Below are positions 18,177-29,004 of a stretch of DNA of 64,000 nt, piece after piece (positions within the stretch are counted from its first letter, which is position 1; each line of letters begins with the position of its first letter). Both the position numbers and the translations under genes were made by a program. The DNA is from Candidatus Pantoea bathycoeliae (GTDB lineage Bacteria; Pseudomonadota; Gammaproteobacteria; Enterobacterales; Enterobacteriaceae): the NCBI GenBank assembly GCA_031332935.1, contig JAUHTP010000006.1, forward strand, positions 23,771 to 87,770, read 5' to 3'. The notes below the pieces were generated by a model. It was not told where the DNA came from, searched no databases, and was given only the letters and a program-made list of their open reading frames with translations.

Positions 18177-20181
18177 ATGGCCCGTGAATTTGATACCCAG
18201 CTACGCTTTGGCGTCAAGGATAGCGCGACGCCAGGCATTCGCCGTCTGTCGGCGGAATTTCGCCGCCTGAGCCAGGCGCGGGAAACCCTGGGGCTACGCG
18301 GCGAGCGTCAGCTGCAGCGGGAAATCCAGCGCACCCAGGCGGCCTATCAGCGCCTGGCGCGCAGCGGCACCCTGTCGGCCAGCGAGCAGGTGCGCGCCTA
18401 TGACAAGATGCAGACCAGCATTGCCCGGCTGCGTCAGGAGATGGCCGGCGCCGAACGCCAGCAGCGCAGCTGGCTGAAGGGGACGCTGTCCCTTGGCTCC
18501 GGGCTGGTTGCCGGGGCGATGACCCTGCGCCAGCCGATTACCCGCCAGATGGACTACGATGCGCACCTGCGCAAGCTGGCCAATTTTGCCTACCGCAATG
18601 ATAACGCGAGTGTGCGCGAGACAGGCCTGAAGGTCATTGACCAGCACATTCGCGCCGCCACGCGCGCCGGCGGCGGCACCCCCGGCCCGGCCATGGAGGC
18701 GCTGGAAATCATGCTGCGCTCCCTGCCGAAGGAAAAAGCCTTTTCCTATTTGCCGGAGGTGATGAAAAACGCCACGGCCACCGGGGCGGAGCCCAAAGAG
18801 ATGGCACTGCTGCAAAATGCGGCGGTCAATTTTAATCTCAGCGAACGCGACAGCCGCATCGCCCTGAGCGGGGCCACCACGGCGGCGCAACACGGTCTGG
18901 TGGACGTGCCGTTGCTGGCCTCGGCGGTGCCGCGCTCGCTCGAGGCCGCCAAGTCGGCCGGCTTCCATGGCCGGCGGGGCTATGCCCAGACCCTGGCGCT
19001 GTTTGAAGCCGCCGGCTCGGTTGCCGGTGAGCCCGGTGAGGCGGCAACCAACGCCAATGACCTGTTGGCCGAGCTGTCCTCCACCAACCTGAAAAACAAC
19101 GCGAAAAATCTGCTTATCCGGGGCAAGGGTGTCCATATCCAGGCGCTGATGACCCAGGATGCGAAAGCCGGCCTGACGCCGCTCGATACCCTGGACCGGG
19201 TGATACAACTGGCGGACAGGCAAGATGCGCAAACGAAAAAACTGCGCGCTGAGCTGGCCAACACGGGGATCCGGAAAAGCGCGCCAATCTGGAAGCGGCG
19301 ATTGAAGGGCGTCACGGTGCCCATGTCTCGACCCTGCTGACCAATCAGCAATCGCGCAATGCGTTTTATGGCTATGAGCGCAGCCGGGCGATGTTCCTAC
19401 AGCTGACCGATGAGGTGGTCAAACAGTTTGAGACGCCGGAAGGGGCGCGTTCGGCCTATTTGGATTTTAGCCTGGTGAGAAAAGGCAGCCAGGTTCGCGT
19501 TCAGCAGCAGAGAATGAAAAGCTCTTTGCCACCAACGACGCCGTGGCCCCGGTTTCTCACGTGCTGGGCGACATTGCCGAAAGCGGAGCCCGGCTGGCCC
19601 AGGAATTCCCAGGTCTCACCACAGCAGCGACCCAGGCGAAGCTGGCCATTACCGCGCTGGGGGCGGCCGCGGCCGTCAAGACCGGCGCTGATATATTGCT
19701 GGGGAAAGGTGCGGGTGCGACGGGCATCGGTACCATTTTGAAAAAATCCGGAGGCAAAGTCATCTCAGCCGGTAAAAGCCTGGTGAGCGGAGGTCTATTG
19801 GGTACACAGGTCGGCAAAAAAGTCCTTTCTGCTGGAAAAGGGGTTCTCACTGAGGGGTTACTGAGCGCACGTGGCGCGGCGTTGATAAATCCTGTGACAG
19901 CCGGAATGATGGCGATGACACCGGCAAATACCGTGGGACAGGCGGCTGAAATGGCTGAGTTGGCGCGCCTGAAGCAGGCTAACCTGCAAAAACAGGATGC
20001 GCTGGCCGCACAGGCTGAAATTCGCCGCTTTATGCTCCCTGACGTCCAGAATGACAGGGGCAGTGCGACAGCGATTAAGGAAGCGCCTTCCCCTAATATC
20101 AATGTCAGCGTCACGCTGGACGGGCGCGAGATTGCCACCGCCGTGGAGGCGCGGCTGACGCGTGACGGGAGACGACACTGA
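18177..20181 (+). pseudogene. tail tape measure protein (Mu gp42-like), split across three reading frames
   Basis: The protein continues across frames: ...ELANTG / DPEKRANLEAAIEG... (shift at G-run 19265-19268) and ... / ENEKLFATNDAVAPVSHVLGD... (shift at about 19490-19510). It has a Gly/Ala-rich C-terminal half. Confidence 0.8.
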
Positions 20182-21499
20182 TGGCGGATACGCTTTATCA
20201 ACTGGCCGGGCAGCTGGGTGTCGATATGCTGCTGCCGGCGTCATTTCGGGGTATTGCCTTCGATTGCCTCTACACCCGCGAGGTGCTGGCCCGCGATACG
20301 GTGGTGTATGAATACCCCTGGCGCGACGGCGCTGAGGTGGAAGACCACGGGCTGAAAGCACTGAACCTGCGCCTGTCGGCGCTGTTCTGGGGCAACGGCT
20401 ACCAGACGCGCCTCAAGGCGTTTCTGGCAGCGCTAAAAGCCCCTGGCCCGGGTGAACTGGTCCACCCGGTGCATGGCTCGTTGCCGCGTGTGCAGCTGCT
20501 GGAGGCGGGCGTCGAGCACGAAGTAGAGCCGCTTAACGCGGTGACGGTTGAACTGGTGTTTGTTGAGGCCAGCACCGAACAGGCCCTGTTTGCGCCGGTA
20601 AGCAGTGTGCCACGCACCGGCGGCCTGCTGGACAGCGTGACCGCCGGGCTGTCGGACGCATGGGCAGCCATCCGGCGCGGCAATGAAGGCATCGCCCGCA
20701 TCAGTAATCTGGTGGCCTCAGCGGAGTATGTGGTGCAGGCACTGGCCAACGAGGTGCAGACGTCTGTGGGCAGCGTGATGAACTACCTGGATATGCCCAC
20801 CGCCTTTGTCTCTGACCTGGAAGGGCTGTTATCGGCTTTCAGTGACCGGTTGAATTTTAGCGAGGTGACGCGTCTGTCGGACTGGCTGGCGGTGCGCAGT
20901 CAGGGCGAGCGGCTGGCCGGGTTTGCTGACCGGCGCATGACGGCGAGTGCCCCCAATAACCCAGACGGCGTTTTTGCCTCCACCCTGAACCGGGCCAGCA
21001 TTATGCCGCAGGCCGACCGAGAGCTGATTAACCAGACCGTGCGTCTGGTGACGATAGCGGAGTGGGTTGACGTGGCGGCGGATATCTTTCAGGCGGAAGA
21101 GGCGACGCCGACGCTTTCCGGCAGCGATATTGAAGCCTGTGTGAGGATGTGCGTGGGTTAATCGTCACCGCCATCGTGACCCAGCGCAGCGTGATGGACA
21201 CCCGGCAGCGCACGGCGCACCAGGCCAGTGACGTTACACCTGGCGCCCGTAATGACAGCCAGCTTATCGCTGCGCTGCAGCAGCTGGCCTGCCAGCTGCA
21301 GAGCCAGGCCCGTACCCTGATAGTGCGCCGTCCGCCGCGCGTTTTGCGGCAGGTCACCCGGGCGTGCAACCTGCATCTGCTGGCCTTTGAATGGTACGGC
21401 GACGCCGCACGCGGCCGCGAACTGGCCCGATTAAATCCCACCCTGCGCAACCCTAACGCGCTGCAACCCGGAGACCGTCTGTATGCCTTCGCCCGTTAA
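20181..21499 (+). pseudogene. DNA circularisation protein N (Mu gp43-like), frameshifted
   Basis: The N-terminal domain (LLPASFRGIAFDCLYT...YEYPWRDGAEVEDHG) is in frame 20181-21161. The conserved C-terminus (...NLHLLAFEWYGDAARGRELARLNPTLRNPN...) is in the 21149-21499 frame. Confidence 0.78.
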
Positions 21500-22593
21500 C
21501 CCTACCGAGCGCATCGCCCTGCAGATTGGCGGGGTGGCCCATGATGACTGGCTGGACATTGAAGTGGACGCCGACCTGTTGACCCCGGCGGCGGGCTGGG
21601 CGTTCACCGTCGGACTGAGTCAGGCCCGTCTGCCGCCGGAGATCAGGGTGGGCGCACGGGCCGAACTGCGCGCCGGTGACGCGCTTATCATGACCGTTCA
21701 GGTGGATGAACTGCGCCACGAGGTGGCGCGCGGGCAGCATACGCTGAGCGTCTATGGCCGCGATGCGGCCGCGGTGCTGGTTGACTGCTCGGCCCCGCTG
21801 TTCAGTGCTCGCGACATGAGCCTGCAGGAAGTGGTCACCCAGATAGTGCGGCCGCTGGGGGTTACCCACATTCGCCTGCAGGCCACCTCGCCGCTGGCCG
21901 CCCAAAAGGTCAGCATTGACCCCGGCGATACCGCGTGGGGCGCGCTGCGCAAGGCAGCGGAAGCCAGCGGGCTGTGGCCCTGGATAAGTGCCGACGGTAC
22001 CCTGGTGGTAGGTGGCCCGGACTACAGCACCCCGCCGGTCGATACCCTGGTCATGCGGCGCGACGGTCAGGGCAATAACCTGCTGCGCCTGGCGATGAGT
22101 GAGAGTATCAGCAGCCGCTACTCCGAGGTCACGGTACTGGCCCAGAGGCATGGCAGCGCACAGGCTGACGGCCGCCATGACCGCCGCAGCCAGGTGAAAG
22201 ACACAAGCGTTCCACTCTACCGTCCCCTGGTGACGGTGGTGGGCGATACAGGTAGCGATGAGGAGGTGCATTTTCGCGCCCGCAAGCTGATGGCGGACGC
22301 CAGGCTTAACGGCCTGCTTATCACCGCCGTGGTGCGCGGACTGCATACCGCCGCCGGACTGCTGTGGGCTCCGGGCCAGCGGGTACGGATAAAGAGCGAG
22401 CCGCACGGCCTTGACGGCATTTTACCTGATGCACCGACGCTTCAGCGGTGGACGGGGCCAGCCGCTGCAAACCCTGCTGACGCTGCGCGAGGATGGCGTC
22501 TGGTTGCCGGATGCGTTGCCGAACAGCAAGCGCCTGAGCAAGGTTAAGGGCGCGAAAGCCCTATGGCAAAGTTGGGAGCAGATAGATGGCTGA
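21483..22593 (+). pseudogene. baseplate hub protein P (Mu gp44-like), frameshifted near the 3' end
   Basis: 354-aa ORF whose authentic C-terminus (FYLMHRRFSGGRGQPLQTLLTLREDGVW...) lies in the 22411-22593 frame. The shift is at the T-run 22420-22423. Confidence 0.78.
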
Positions 22594-23248
22594 CCTGATA
22601 GCGCACATCGACCAACGTATTCGCCGCGCCCTGGGTGGCCTGCGGCTGGCCTACCGCGCGGTGTTGCGCCGCGTGACGCCCAACGGCGGTGTCCAGGCCG
22701 CCCAGGTCTCGGGGCTCGCCGGGGAGAGTACGCCGGACGTGGAGCTGTTCCAGCACTATGGCCTGACCTCGGTGCCGCCGGCCGGCACCATGGCGGTGGT
22801 GTTGCCCGTGGGCGGCTGCACCCGTCACAGTATTGTGATTGCCACTGAGCACAGCACCTACCGGCTGCAGGGGCTGGCAAACGGCGAGGTGGCGCTCTAC
22901 AGTGACGAAGGCGCGAAAGTCGTCATCCGGCGCGAGAGAATTATCGAAGTGGAGTGCGACGAGTACCGGGTTAAATGCAAGCGCTATCAGGTTGAGGCCG
23001 AAGAGCGCGCCGGCTTTGAGACGCCGATGCTGTCAACCTCACAAGCACTGACGGCCGAGGGGCCTATCAGCGGCCACGGCGGTATGACGATTAACGGCGG
23101 TGACGGCGCGGTGGCGCGCTTTGCGGGGGATATCGAGCACCAGGGCGGCACCCTGCGCAGTGCCGAGGTGGAAATCAACGGCATCCGGCAAAGCAGCCAC
23201 AAGCACTCGACACCGTCCGGGCTGTCCGACGGCCCGGTTAACGGGTAA
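22586..23248 (+). CDS. baseplate spike / assembly protein V (Mu gp45-like)
   Basis: 220 aa. The motifs ...VQAAQVSGLAGES..DVELFQHYGLTSVPP.G... are typical of gpV/gp45. Confidence 0.8.
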   Translation: MADLIAHIDQRIRRALGGLRLAYRAVLRRVTPNGGVQAAQVSGLAGESTPDVELFQHYGLTSVPPAGTMAVVLPVGGCTRHSIVIATEHSTYRLQGLANGEVALYSDEGAKVVIRRERIIEVECDEYRVKCKRYQVEAEERAGFETPMLSTSQALTAEGPISGHGGMTINGGDGAVARFAGDIEHQGGTLRSAEVEINGIRQSSHKHSTPSGLSDGPVNG

Positions 23249-23265
23249 GATAGCGTCGCCGGTCT

Positions 23266-23314
23266 GACGACAATTAAAAGTGCCTTCGCATTGACGTCGC
23301 ATTTTAATTGTCGC
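23266..23314 (+). other. AT-rich 15-16-bp-stem hairpin between gp45 and gp46
   Basis: CGACAATTAAAA(G)TGC at 23268-23283 pairs with GCATTTTAATTGTCG at 23299-23313, with a 15-nt loop and no following T-run. It lies in a 156-nt untranslated gap in an otherwise tightly packed operon. Confidence 0.5.
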
Positions 23315-23404
23315 GAGACAGCCTCGCGCCGTACGCCACCCCGCCAGTTACCCCCTACGCCCGCGTCACTCCTCCCATCCCGTCGCCTGCCTTACCCTGA
23401 CGCC

Positions 23405-23755
23405 ATGGACGCACTGATTGACAGCCTGACCGGCGATTACACCGCCACCCGCACCACTGACCTGCATAACGCAGTCTACCTGCGCTTAATGACGCCGCTT
23501 GGGCAGTATTGGTCTGACCCGCAGCTGGGGTCACGCCTGCATGAGCTGGCGCGGGCCAAGGACTCGGCCACCACCCGGCGGCTGGCACAGCAATATGCCG
23601 AGCAGGCACTGCAACCGCTGCTGACCGATAACCGCGCCCGTCGCATTGACGTCAGTGTCAGCCGTCCGGCACAGGGCGACCTGCAGCTGCATATCGACGT
23701 CGTGGCCGCCAACGGCAGTTTGCAGACCTTTACCCACCCGGTAAAGGTCATTTAA
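23405..23755 (+). CDS. baseplate protein (Mu gp46-like)
   Basis: ATG at 23405. 116 aa (MDALIDSLTGDY...LGQYWSDPQLGSRLHEL...), matching the phage GP46 family in the expected position. Confidence 0.75.
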   Translation: MDALIDSLTGDYTATRTTDLHNAVYLRLMTPLGQYWSDPQLGSRLHELARAKDSATTRRLAQQYAEQALQPLLTDNRARRIDVSVSRPAQGDLQLHIDVVAANGSLQTFTHPVKVI

Positions 23756-23768
23756 ACGGAATATCCAC

Positions 23769-24837
23769 ATGGCGCACAGCACCCCCACCCATACCGAGAT
23801 TGCCGACACGCTCTTGCGCGATATCCGCAACCAGCTGCCGGACGCCGATACCGGCCCCGACAGTGACTATGCGGTGCGCGCGAACGCCATTGCCAGCGCA
23901 CTGCAGGGGCTGTACCAGCACCAGCTGTAGATAGTGCGGCAGATGTTCCCGGACACCGCCGACCATGACTATCTGGTGATGCACGCCCGCACACGCAACC
24001 TGACGCTAAAAGCGGCGACGCCGGCCGGCGGCGAGGTGCGCCTGACCGGCAACCCCGGCGCAAACATTACCGGCCTGCTGCAATTGCGGCCTACCGGAAG
24101 CCGTCAGCGCTACCAGACCACCGCGCCGGGCACGATAGGCGCCACCGGCAGCCTGACATTGCCGGCCCGCGCACTCGACAGCGGCACCCAGGGCAATCTG
24201 GCGGACAACACACCGGGGACGCTGCTGATGGCCCCCGCCGGTGTTGACAGCAACGTCACCATCACCCGCATGGTCGGCGGCAGCGATGCCGAATCCGACG
24301 CCGCCCTGCTGGCACGTCTACTGGAGGTGATACGCCGCCCGCCGGCGGGCGGCAACCAATACGATTACCATCGCTGGGCGGTGTCCCTGCCCGGCGTCAC
24401 CGAAGCCTATGTCTACCCGCTGCGCCGGGGCTACGGCACGGTGGATGTGGTGATAGTCACCCATAACGACCTGCCGTCGCCGGAGACGATTAAGGCGGTG
24501 CAGAGCTACATTGACGAAATGCGCCCGGTCACCGCGAAAGACTGCCTGGTGCTGGCCCCGAGGTGGTGAAAGCCGATATCACGTCCCAGGTCAGCCTGAG
24601 CAACCTGACGCTGGACGCGGCGCGTAAACAGATTACAACCGCCCTCAGTGACTATTTTAACCGCCTGGCCCCCGGCGAGGTGGCGGTCAGAACCCAGCTG
24701 GGGCGCTGATATCGGAAGTGGTCGTCGTAGTGGACTACCAGCTGCTTGCCCCCAGCGCCAATGTGGTGCCGGTGGTGAACAAACAGACCGTGCAGTGGAT
24801 ACGCGCAGGGACTATCACCGTGGAGACCATGCCATGA
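23769..24837 (+). pseudogene. baseplate J-like wedge protein (Mu gp47-like), with one amber codon and two frameshifts
   Basis: An in-frame TAG at 23928-23930 (LYQHQL*IVRQMFPDTA) falls where homologues have Trp. Frameshifts lie at about 24565 (CCGAGG) and about 24705. The C-terminus ...TVQWIRAGTITVETMP can be recovered in shifted frames. Confidence 0.8.
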
Positions 24838-25319
24838 ACGGCCGCGGCTATGCGCAGCTGCTCAGTGCGCTGCTGCCACCGAAAAGCTATGCGCTGACCG
24901 GTGAGCGACTCGGTGTCGAACTGCAGGCCGAAGGGCAAAGCTTGGCAAAGCTGGAAATCCGCGCAGGGGAAGTGGCAGACGGTATCGCGCCCTTCCTCGC
25001 CGTGGGGCTACTGGCGGATTGGGAGCGGATGTTAAGTCTTTCCCCCGACAGCGGCATGACGCTACAGCAGCGTCGTCAGCAGGTACTGGCGCGAATCAAC
25101 GCCACCGGCGGTCTGAGCCGCAAATATTTTATCACTCTCGCCCAATCGCTGGGCTACCGCGTCACCATTGATGAGCCGGAGCCGTTCCGCGCCGGCAGCT
25201 CGGTGGCCGGGGAAAAGCTGCTGACCTTCGGGCAGAACCTGATTGAAGGGCTGTTTAAGGACCTGAAGCCCGCGCACACCCAGGTGGTGTTTAACTACCG
25301 GGAGAAAACGCGGCCATGA
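24834..25319 (+). CDS. tail/baseplate protein (Mu gp48-like, DUF2313)
   Basis: 161 aa (MNGRGYAQLLSALLPP.SY...LADWERML...KPAHTQVVFNY). It may be shorter than typical family members. Confidence 0.68.
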   Translation: MNGRGYAQLLSALLPPKSYALTGERLGVELQAEGQSLAKLEIRAGEVADGIAPFLAVGLLADWERMLSLSPDSGMTLQQRRQQVLARINATGGLSRKYFITLAQSLGYRVTIDEPEPFRAGSSVAGEKLLTFGQNLIEGLFKDLKPAHTQVVFNYREKTRP

Positions 25320-26543
25320 AAGACATTATCGCGCCGATTGACAGCGAAGACGGGCTGTTTCATGACGGCGACCCGGCCGGCGACGTCAGGGGCACCGTGC
25401 TCTACGCCCAGTGGCTGAACGCCATGCAGGGGGCGCTCATCGATACCCAGACCGAGCATAAGCACATTCTGTCGGCCGCCGGGATGCAGCCCAACCCGGC
25501 ACAAAATAGCCAGCTGGCCGAAGCCATCAAGGGGCTGATTGCACAAGCCCAACAAGCCAGTGAAAGCATAGCCTGCTCAAGAAAAATAACGGCGCGGATA
25601 TCCCGGATAAAGCGGCGTTCGTGGCCCATCTGGGGCTAAAAATACCGTTGAACAGGCACAAAACGCGCTGGATAAACGTACCGGTGGCACGGTTAACGGC
25701 CGTCTGCAGATTACCCATTCGGTCAATGTCGGCGACAGCGATTCAGGGCTGATTGCCAATGGCAAAGGCAGCGTCGCGTTGTACGCCGACAATGTCAAAA
25801 CCGGCGAGTGGAATACAGAGCGTCTGCATTGGATACAAGACCTTGAAGTGGGTGGCAACGTTACCACCAATGGTGGGGCAACCTTTGGTAAAGCTGTCTC
25901 CCTATCCGGTGGTGGCCATCTCACGGATATTTTGCATTTTTATGGCAGGGGGCGAAGCGGCAACGAATCACGTACAGGGGAATGCCGCTATTACCCTTAT
26001 CCAGGCAATCCCATGAGCACCGAATTTTACGGTGCCGATGTAGTGGGCAGCCATTATGAACATCGCCTTATTATTAATCGCGGTGGCGGTAATATGAAGT
26101 GGTTCGTTTTTAAGGACGATGGCAGCGCTTACGCCGCGCAGGGTCACTGGCAAAATAACTCTGACCGGCGGATAAAAAGCGATATTGCGAAAATAGACAA
26201 TGGCCTTGAAAAGGTCGAAACGCTGACGGGCTACACGTATGTCCTTGCCGAACATCGTCAGGCGGGTGTGATGGCCGATGAGCTGGAAAAGGTCCTGCCT
26301 GAGGCGGTGGGTAGTTCGGGGGATTACCATGAGAGTGATGGCACCGTTGTCAAGAATGTGAAATCCGTCGCCTACGGCAGTATCACCGCGTTGCTAATTA
26401 AAGCAATAAAAGACTTGTCCGCGAAAGTAAAAGCGCAGCAGGCAGAGATTGACGCGCTGAAAACGTTAATACGTTCAGCGCCGGACCTGGCCAAATCACC
26501 GGCACAGACTCAGAACATGGATAATGACGGGGAGACACCCTAA
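25316..26543 (+). pseudogene. tail fibre 1 with a C-terminal intramolecular-chaperone (peptidase S74-like) domain, two frameshifts
   Basis: The N-terminal adaptor [20 protein letters not shown]... is in one frame. Shifts occur at about 25570 and at the A-run 25638-25642. The C-terminus ...SDRRIKSDIAKIDNGLEKVETLTGYTY...VAYGSITALLIKAIKDL... resembles endosialidase-type chaperone domains. Confidence 0.75.
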
Positions 26544-27356
26544 ATGAAAGAGATTATTTCGCCGGTCGAGACCGCCGATGGGCTGTTCCACGATGGTGAC
26601 CCGTCTATCGGTGCCGAGGGGACGGTGGTGCACGCCAAATGGCTGAATGCCATGCAGGGTGCGATGATTGATACCCAGACGGAGCATAAGAATATTTTGG
26701 CTGAGGTGGGCATGAAGCCCGATGGCAGCCAGTCGGCACAGCTGCTGGCAGCAATTAAGGCCATTGCAACAAGTATTGCTACGGAGACCAGTGCCAGTAT
26801 CTTGCCTGTCGGTGCCCCTATCGCCTGGCCGTCGGATAATATTCCCGCAGGCTATGCCCTGATGCAGGGACAGACGTTTGATAAAAGCAAATATCCGAAA
26901 TTGGCCATGGTTTACCCATCAGGGGTCATTCCTGATATACGTGGCCAGACCATCAAAGGTAAATCTGATGAACGCGCCATACTCAGCAGAGAGGCGGGTG
27001 GCATTCAATCCCATACGCATTCAGCAACGGTGTCCAATACAGATTTAGGGTCAAAAGCCACGGACGTTTTTGATTATGGTAATAAAGGAACGGATGGACA
27101 GGGAGAGCATACCCACACCTGGGGCTCTGCAATGAAAAAGGAAGGTGGTAGCGATCAAAATGTCGGTAGCAATCTAGGTAATACATTTGGAACAACGTCT
27201 GCAGCGGGTCATCACGGACATACTGTTGCCATCGGCCCACATGCACATAATGTTCATATAGGTTCGCATGGACATGCTATTACCATCAATGCAACAGGAA
27301 ACGTGGCAAACACAGTAGATAATATTGCGTTTAATTATATCGTGAGGCTGGCATAA
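26544..27356 (+). CDS. tail fibre 2 (tail-collar domain, His-rich tip)
   Basis: 270 aa. The N-terminus is paralogous to tail fibre 1. The collar motif is [25 protein letters not shown]...YPKLA...IPDIRGQ, and the C-terminal region has repeated HxH motifs. Confidence 0.8.
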   Translation: MKEIISPVETADGLFHDGDPSIGAEGTVVHAKWLNAMQGAMIDTQTEHKNILAEVGMKPDGSQSAQLLAAIKAIATSIATETSASILPVGAPIAWPSDNIPAGYALMQGQTFDKSKYPKLAMVYPSGVIPDIRGQTIKGKSDERAILSREAGGIQSHTHSATVSNTDLGSKATDVFDYGNKGTDGQGEHTHTWGSAMKKEGGSDQNVGSNLGNTFGTTSAAGHHGHTVAIGPHAHNVHIGSHGHAITINATGNVANTVDNIAFNYIVRLA

Positions 27357-27952
27357 TGATTTTTGAAAAATCTGATAAACCCCAAGTCATAACTGTTTAC
27401 AATTTACGCGCTGATACAAAAGAATTTATAGGTAAAAGTGATGCTTATATTCTTCCTCACAACGATTTACCAGCCAATTGTGCCCTGCTGCCACCACCAT
27501 AAATCCCTGCGGGACATGTCGCTGTATTTGATGAACGTAATGCAGAATGGTCACTTGCAGAGGAGCACAGAAGAGAAATGGTTTATGATATTAGAAATGG
27601 TGAGCCTGTTCTTATTACGCAACTCGGCAAGATGCCTAAATATACTGTCAATATAGCGCCTTCAGGGCAATACGACAAGTGGAATGGAAGTGCATGGGTG
27701 AAGGATGAGAATGCAGAAAAAACAGCTCTATTAGAAAAAGAAATAGCCAAAAGAAATCATCTCATCGATATGGCATTTACAATGATCAGAGAATGGCATA
27801 GCGAATTACTACTGGGATCTATCTCTTATGAAGATAAAAGCAAGCTTCAGATATGGCTTGCTTATATCAGGAGTTTGAAAGCCGTTGATTTAACGAAATC
27901 ACCAGATATAGCCTGGCCAGCAATGCCTGACAAGAGTAAGGTTCTAGATTGA
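27356..27952 (+). pseudogene. tail fibre assembly protein (Tfa / Mu U-like) with an in-frame TAA
   Basis: ATG at 27356 (TAATG overlap) gives MIFEKSD...YNLRADTKEFIGKSDAYILPHNDLPANCALLPPP, then TAA (27500-27502), then the same frame continues IPAGHVAVFDERNAEW...MVYDIRNGEPV..., matching Tfa family architecture. Confidence 0.75.
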
Positions 27953-27971
27953 GATATTTCATTTGTTAAAT

Positions 27972-28724
27972 TTATTGCTTTATTATATCCATAAATGGGC
28001 GCTTGATTAGCATCCACAGCATTCTTTTTAATTTTATTTTCAATGGTCGCTTTTTATGAAGTTTTTCTTCGGTAAGTTTTTTTAGCTTTAAAGTATTAAT
28101 GTCTGTTTTCTGCTCGTTTATGATTGACGTTTTTGATAATTTGGAATGATAAATAACGGTTGGAAGAGCTGCGTACAAATTAGCGATAGAATATTCACGA
28201 AATATTTTCCATTTATCAGCCTCCATCCATACGGGATAGAGGATATCCAGGGCATTTTGGGCTGCTGATGCGTTGATTACATAACCATGAGAACATGATG
28301 CTTCAATCAAAACATGTAGTTCATATTGCGGCAATATTTTATGCCGAATCTTGGCATCATATTGATGAGCATGAGTAAGCAATGTCACTGATGGAGCATT
28401 TGTTTTTATAAAATGAGACAATTCAGTAAGTACAAGCGGCAGATCGTCAGTTAATTGTACGTCATCTTCTAAAATGAGCGCACAAGGGATATTATGTTCT
28501 AATATCTTTCGATACACCTTTAGGTGGCTCAAGCTACATCCTATTTCGCCTGGTTTACAGGCATAGTTAAGCTCGTGCGTGTGTTGTGTAATTTCCTCAT
28601 TGCTTAATGCACGACCATCAATGGCATCAACCACTTCATAATCAAGATTTAATTTATTAAGTTGAATATCAATAGATTTGCGTCTCTCTAAAGAGTCTTT
28701 TAAGTTAATGACGAAAACTTTCAT
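27972..28724 (-). CDS. glycosyltransferase family 25 (LPS/LOS beta-glycosyltransferase-like) cargo gene
   Basis: 250 aa. The N-terminus MKVFVINLKDSLERRKSI...DAIDGRAL...GEIGCSLSH...ALILEDDV is typical of GT25. The gene is very AT-rich and on the opposite strand to the phage late genes. Confidence 0.78.
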   Translation of the reverse strand: MKVFVINLKDSLERRKSIDIQLNKLNLDYEVVDAIDGRALSNEEITQHTHELNYACKPGEIGCSLSHLKVYRKILEHNIPCALILEDDVQLTDDLPLVLTELSHFIKTNAPSVTLLTHAHQYDAKIRHKILPQYELHVLIEASCSHGYVINASAAQNALDILYPVWMEADKWKIFREYSIANLYAALPTVIYHSKLSKTSIINEQKTDINTLKLKKLTEEKLHKKRPLKIKLKRMLWMLIKRPFMDIIKQ

Positions 28725-28946
28725 CTTACATGATCCATCTTAGTTATTTACATGTATGCCCATTTCATTTGTTTGTGAGAGTCATTTCCTAGAGTACTCC
28801 TGACAAATTGAGCGTTTTGTATGTTTTAAAGCAACTTCCTCTAGCCAGATAGATTGAAGAAGTAAGCAGAAAAATAAATAGCGATATTTATACTCTACGG
28901 CTCTGTTTGTATCTACATATTTCTGCATGAATGATAATTATTTTGA

Positions 28947-28972
28947 CGATCAATAACCGATAATTGATCGGT
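28947..28972. promoter_or_regulatory. overlapping GATC-containing palindromes upstream of the prophage methylase gene
   Basis: CGATCAAT...ATTGATCG at 28947-28970 overlaps ACCGAT-aattg-ATCGGT at 28956-28972. Two GATC sites lie about 35-55 nt upstream of the ATG at 29005. Confidence 0.35.
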
Positions 28973-29004
28973 AAAACTTATATTTATGTACAGGAACTAC
29001 ATTA

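Noticed and set aside
25300-27400. A possible Gin-type invertible segment controlling tail-fibre choice, as in Mu or P1.
   Set aside because: The two homologous fibre 5' regions are in direct, not inverted, orientation. No recombinase gene or crossover-site inverted repeats are present.
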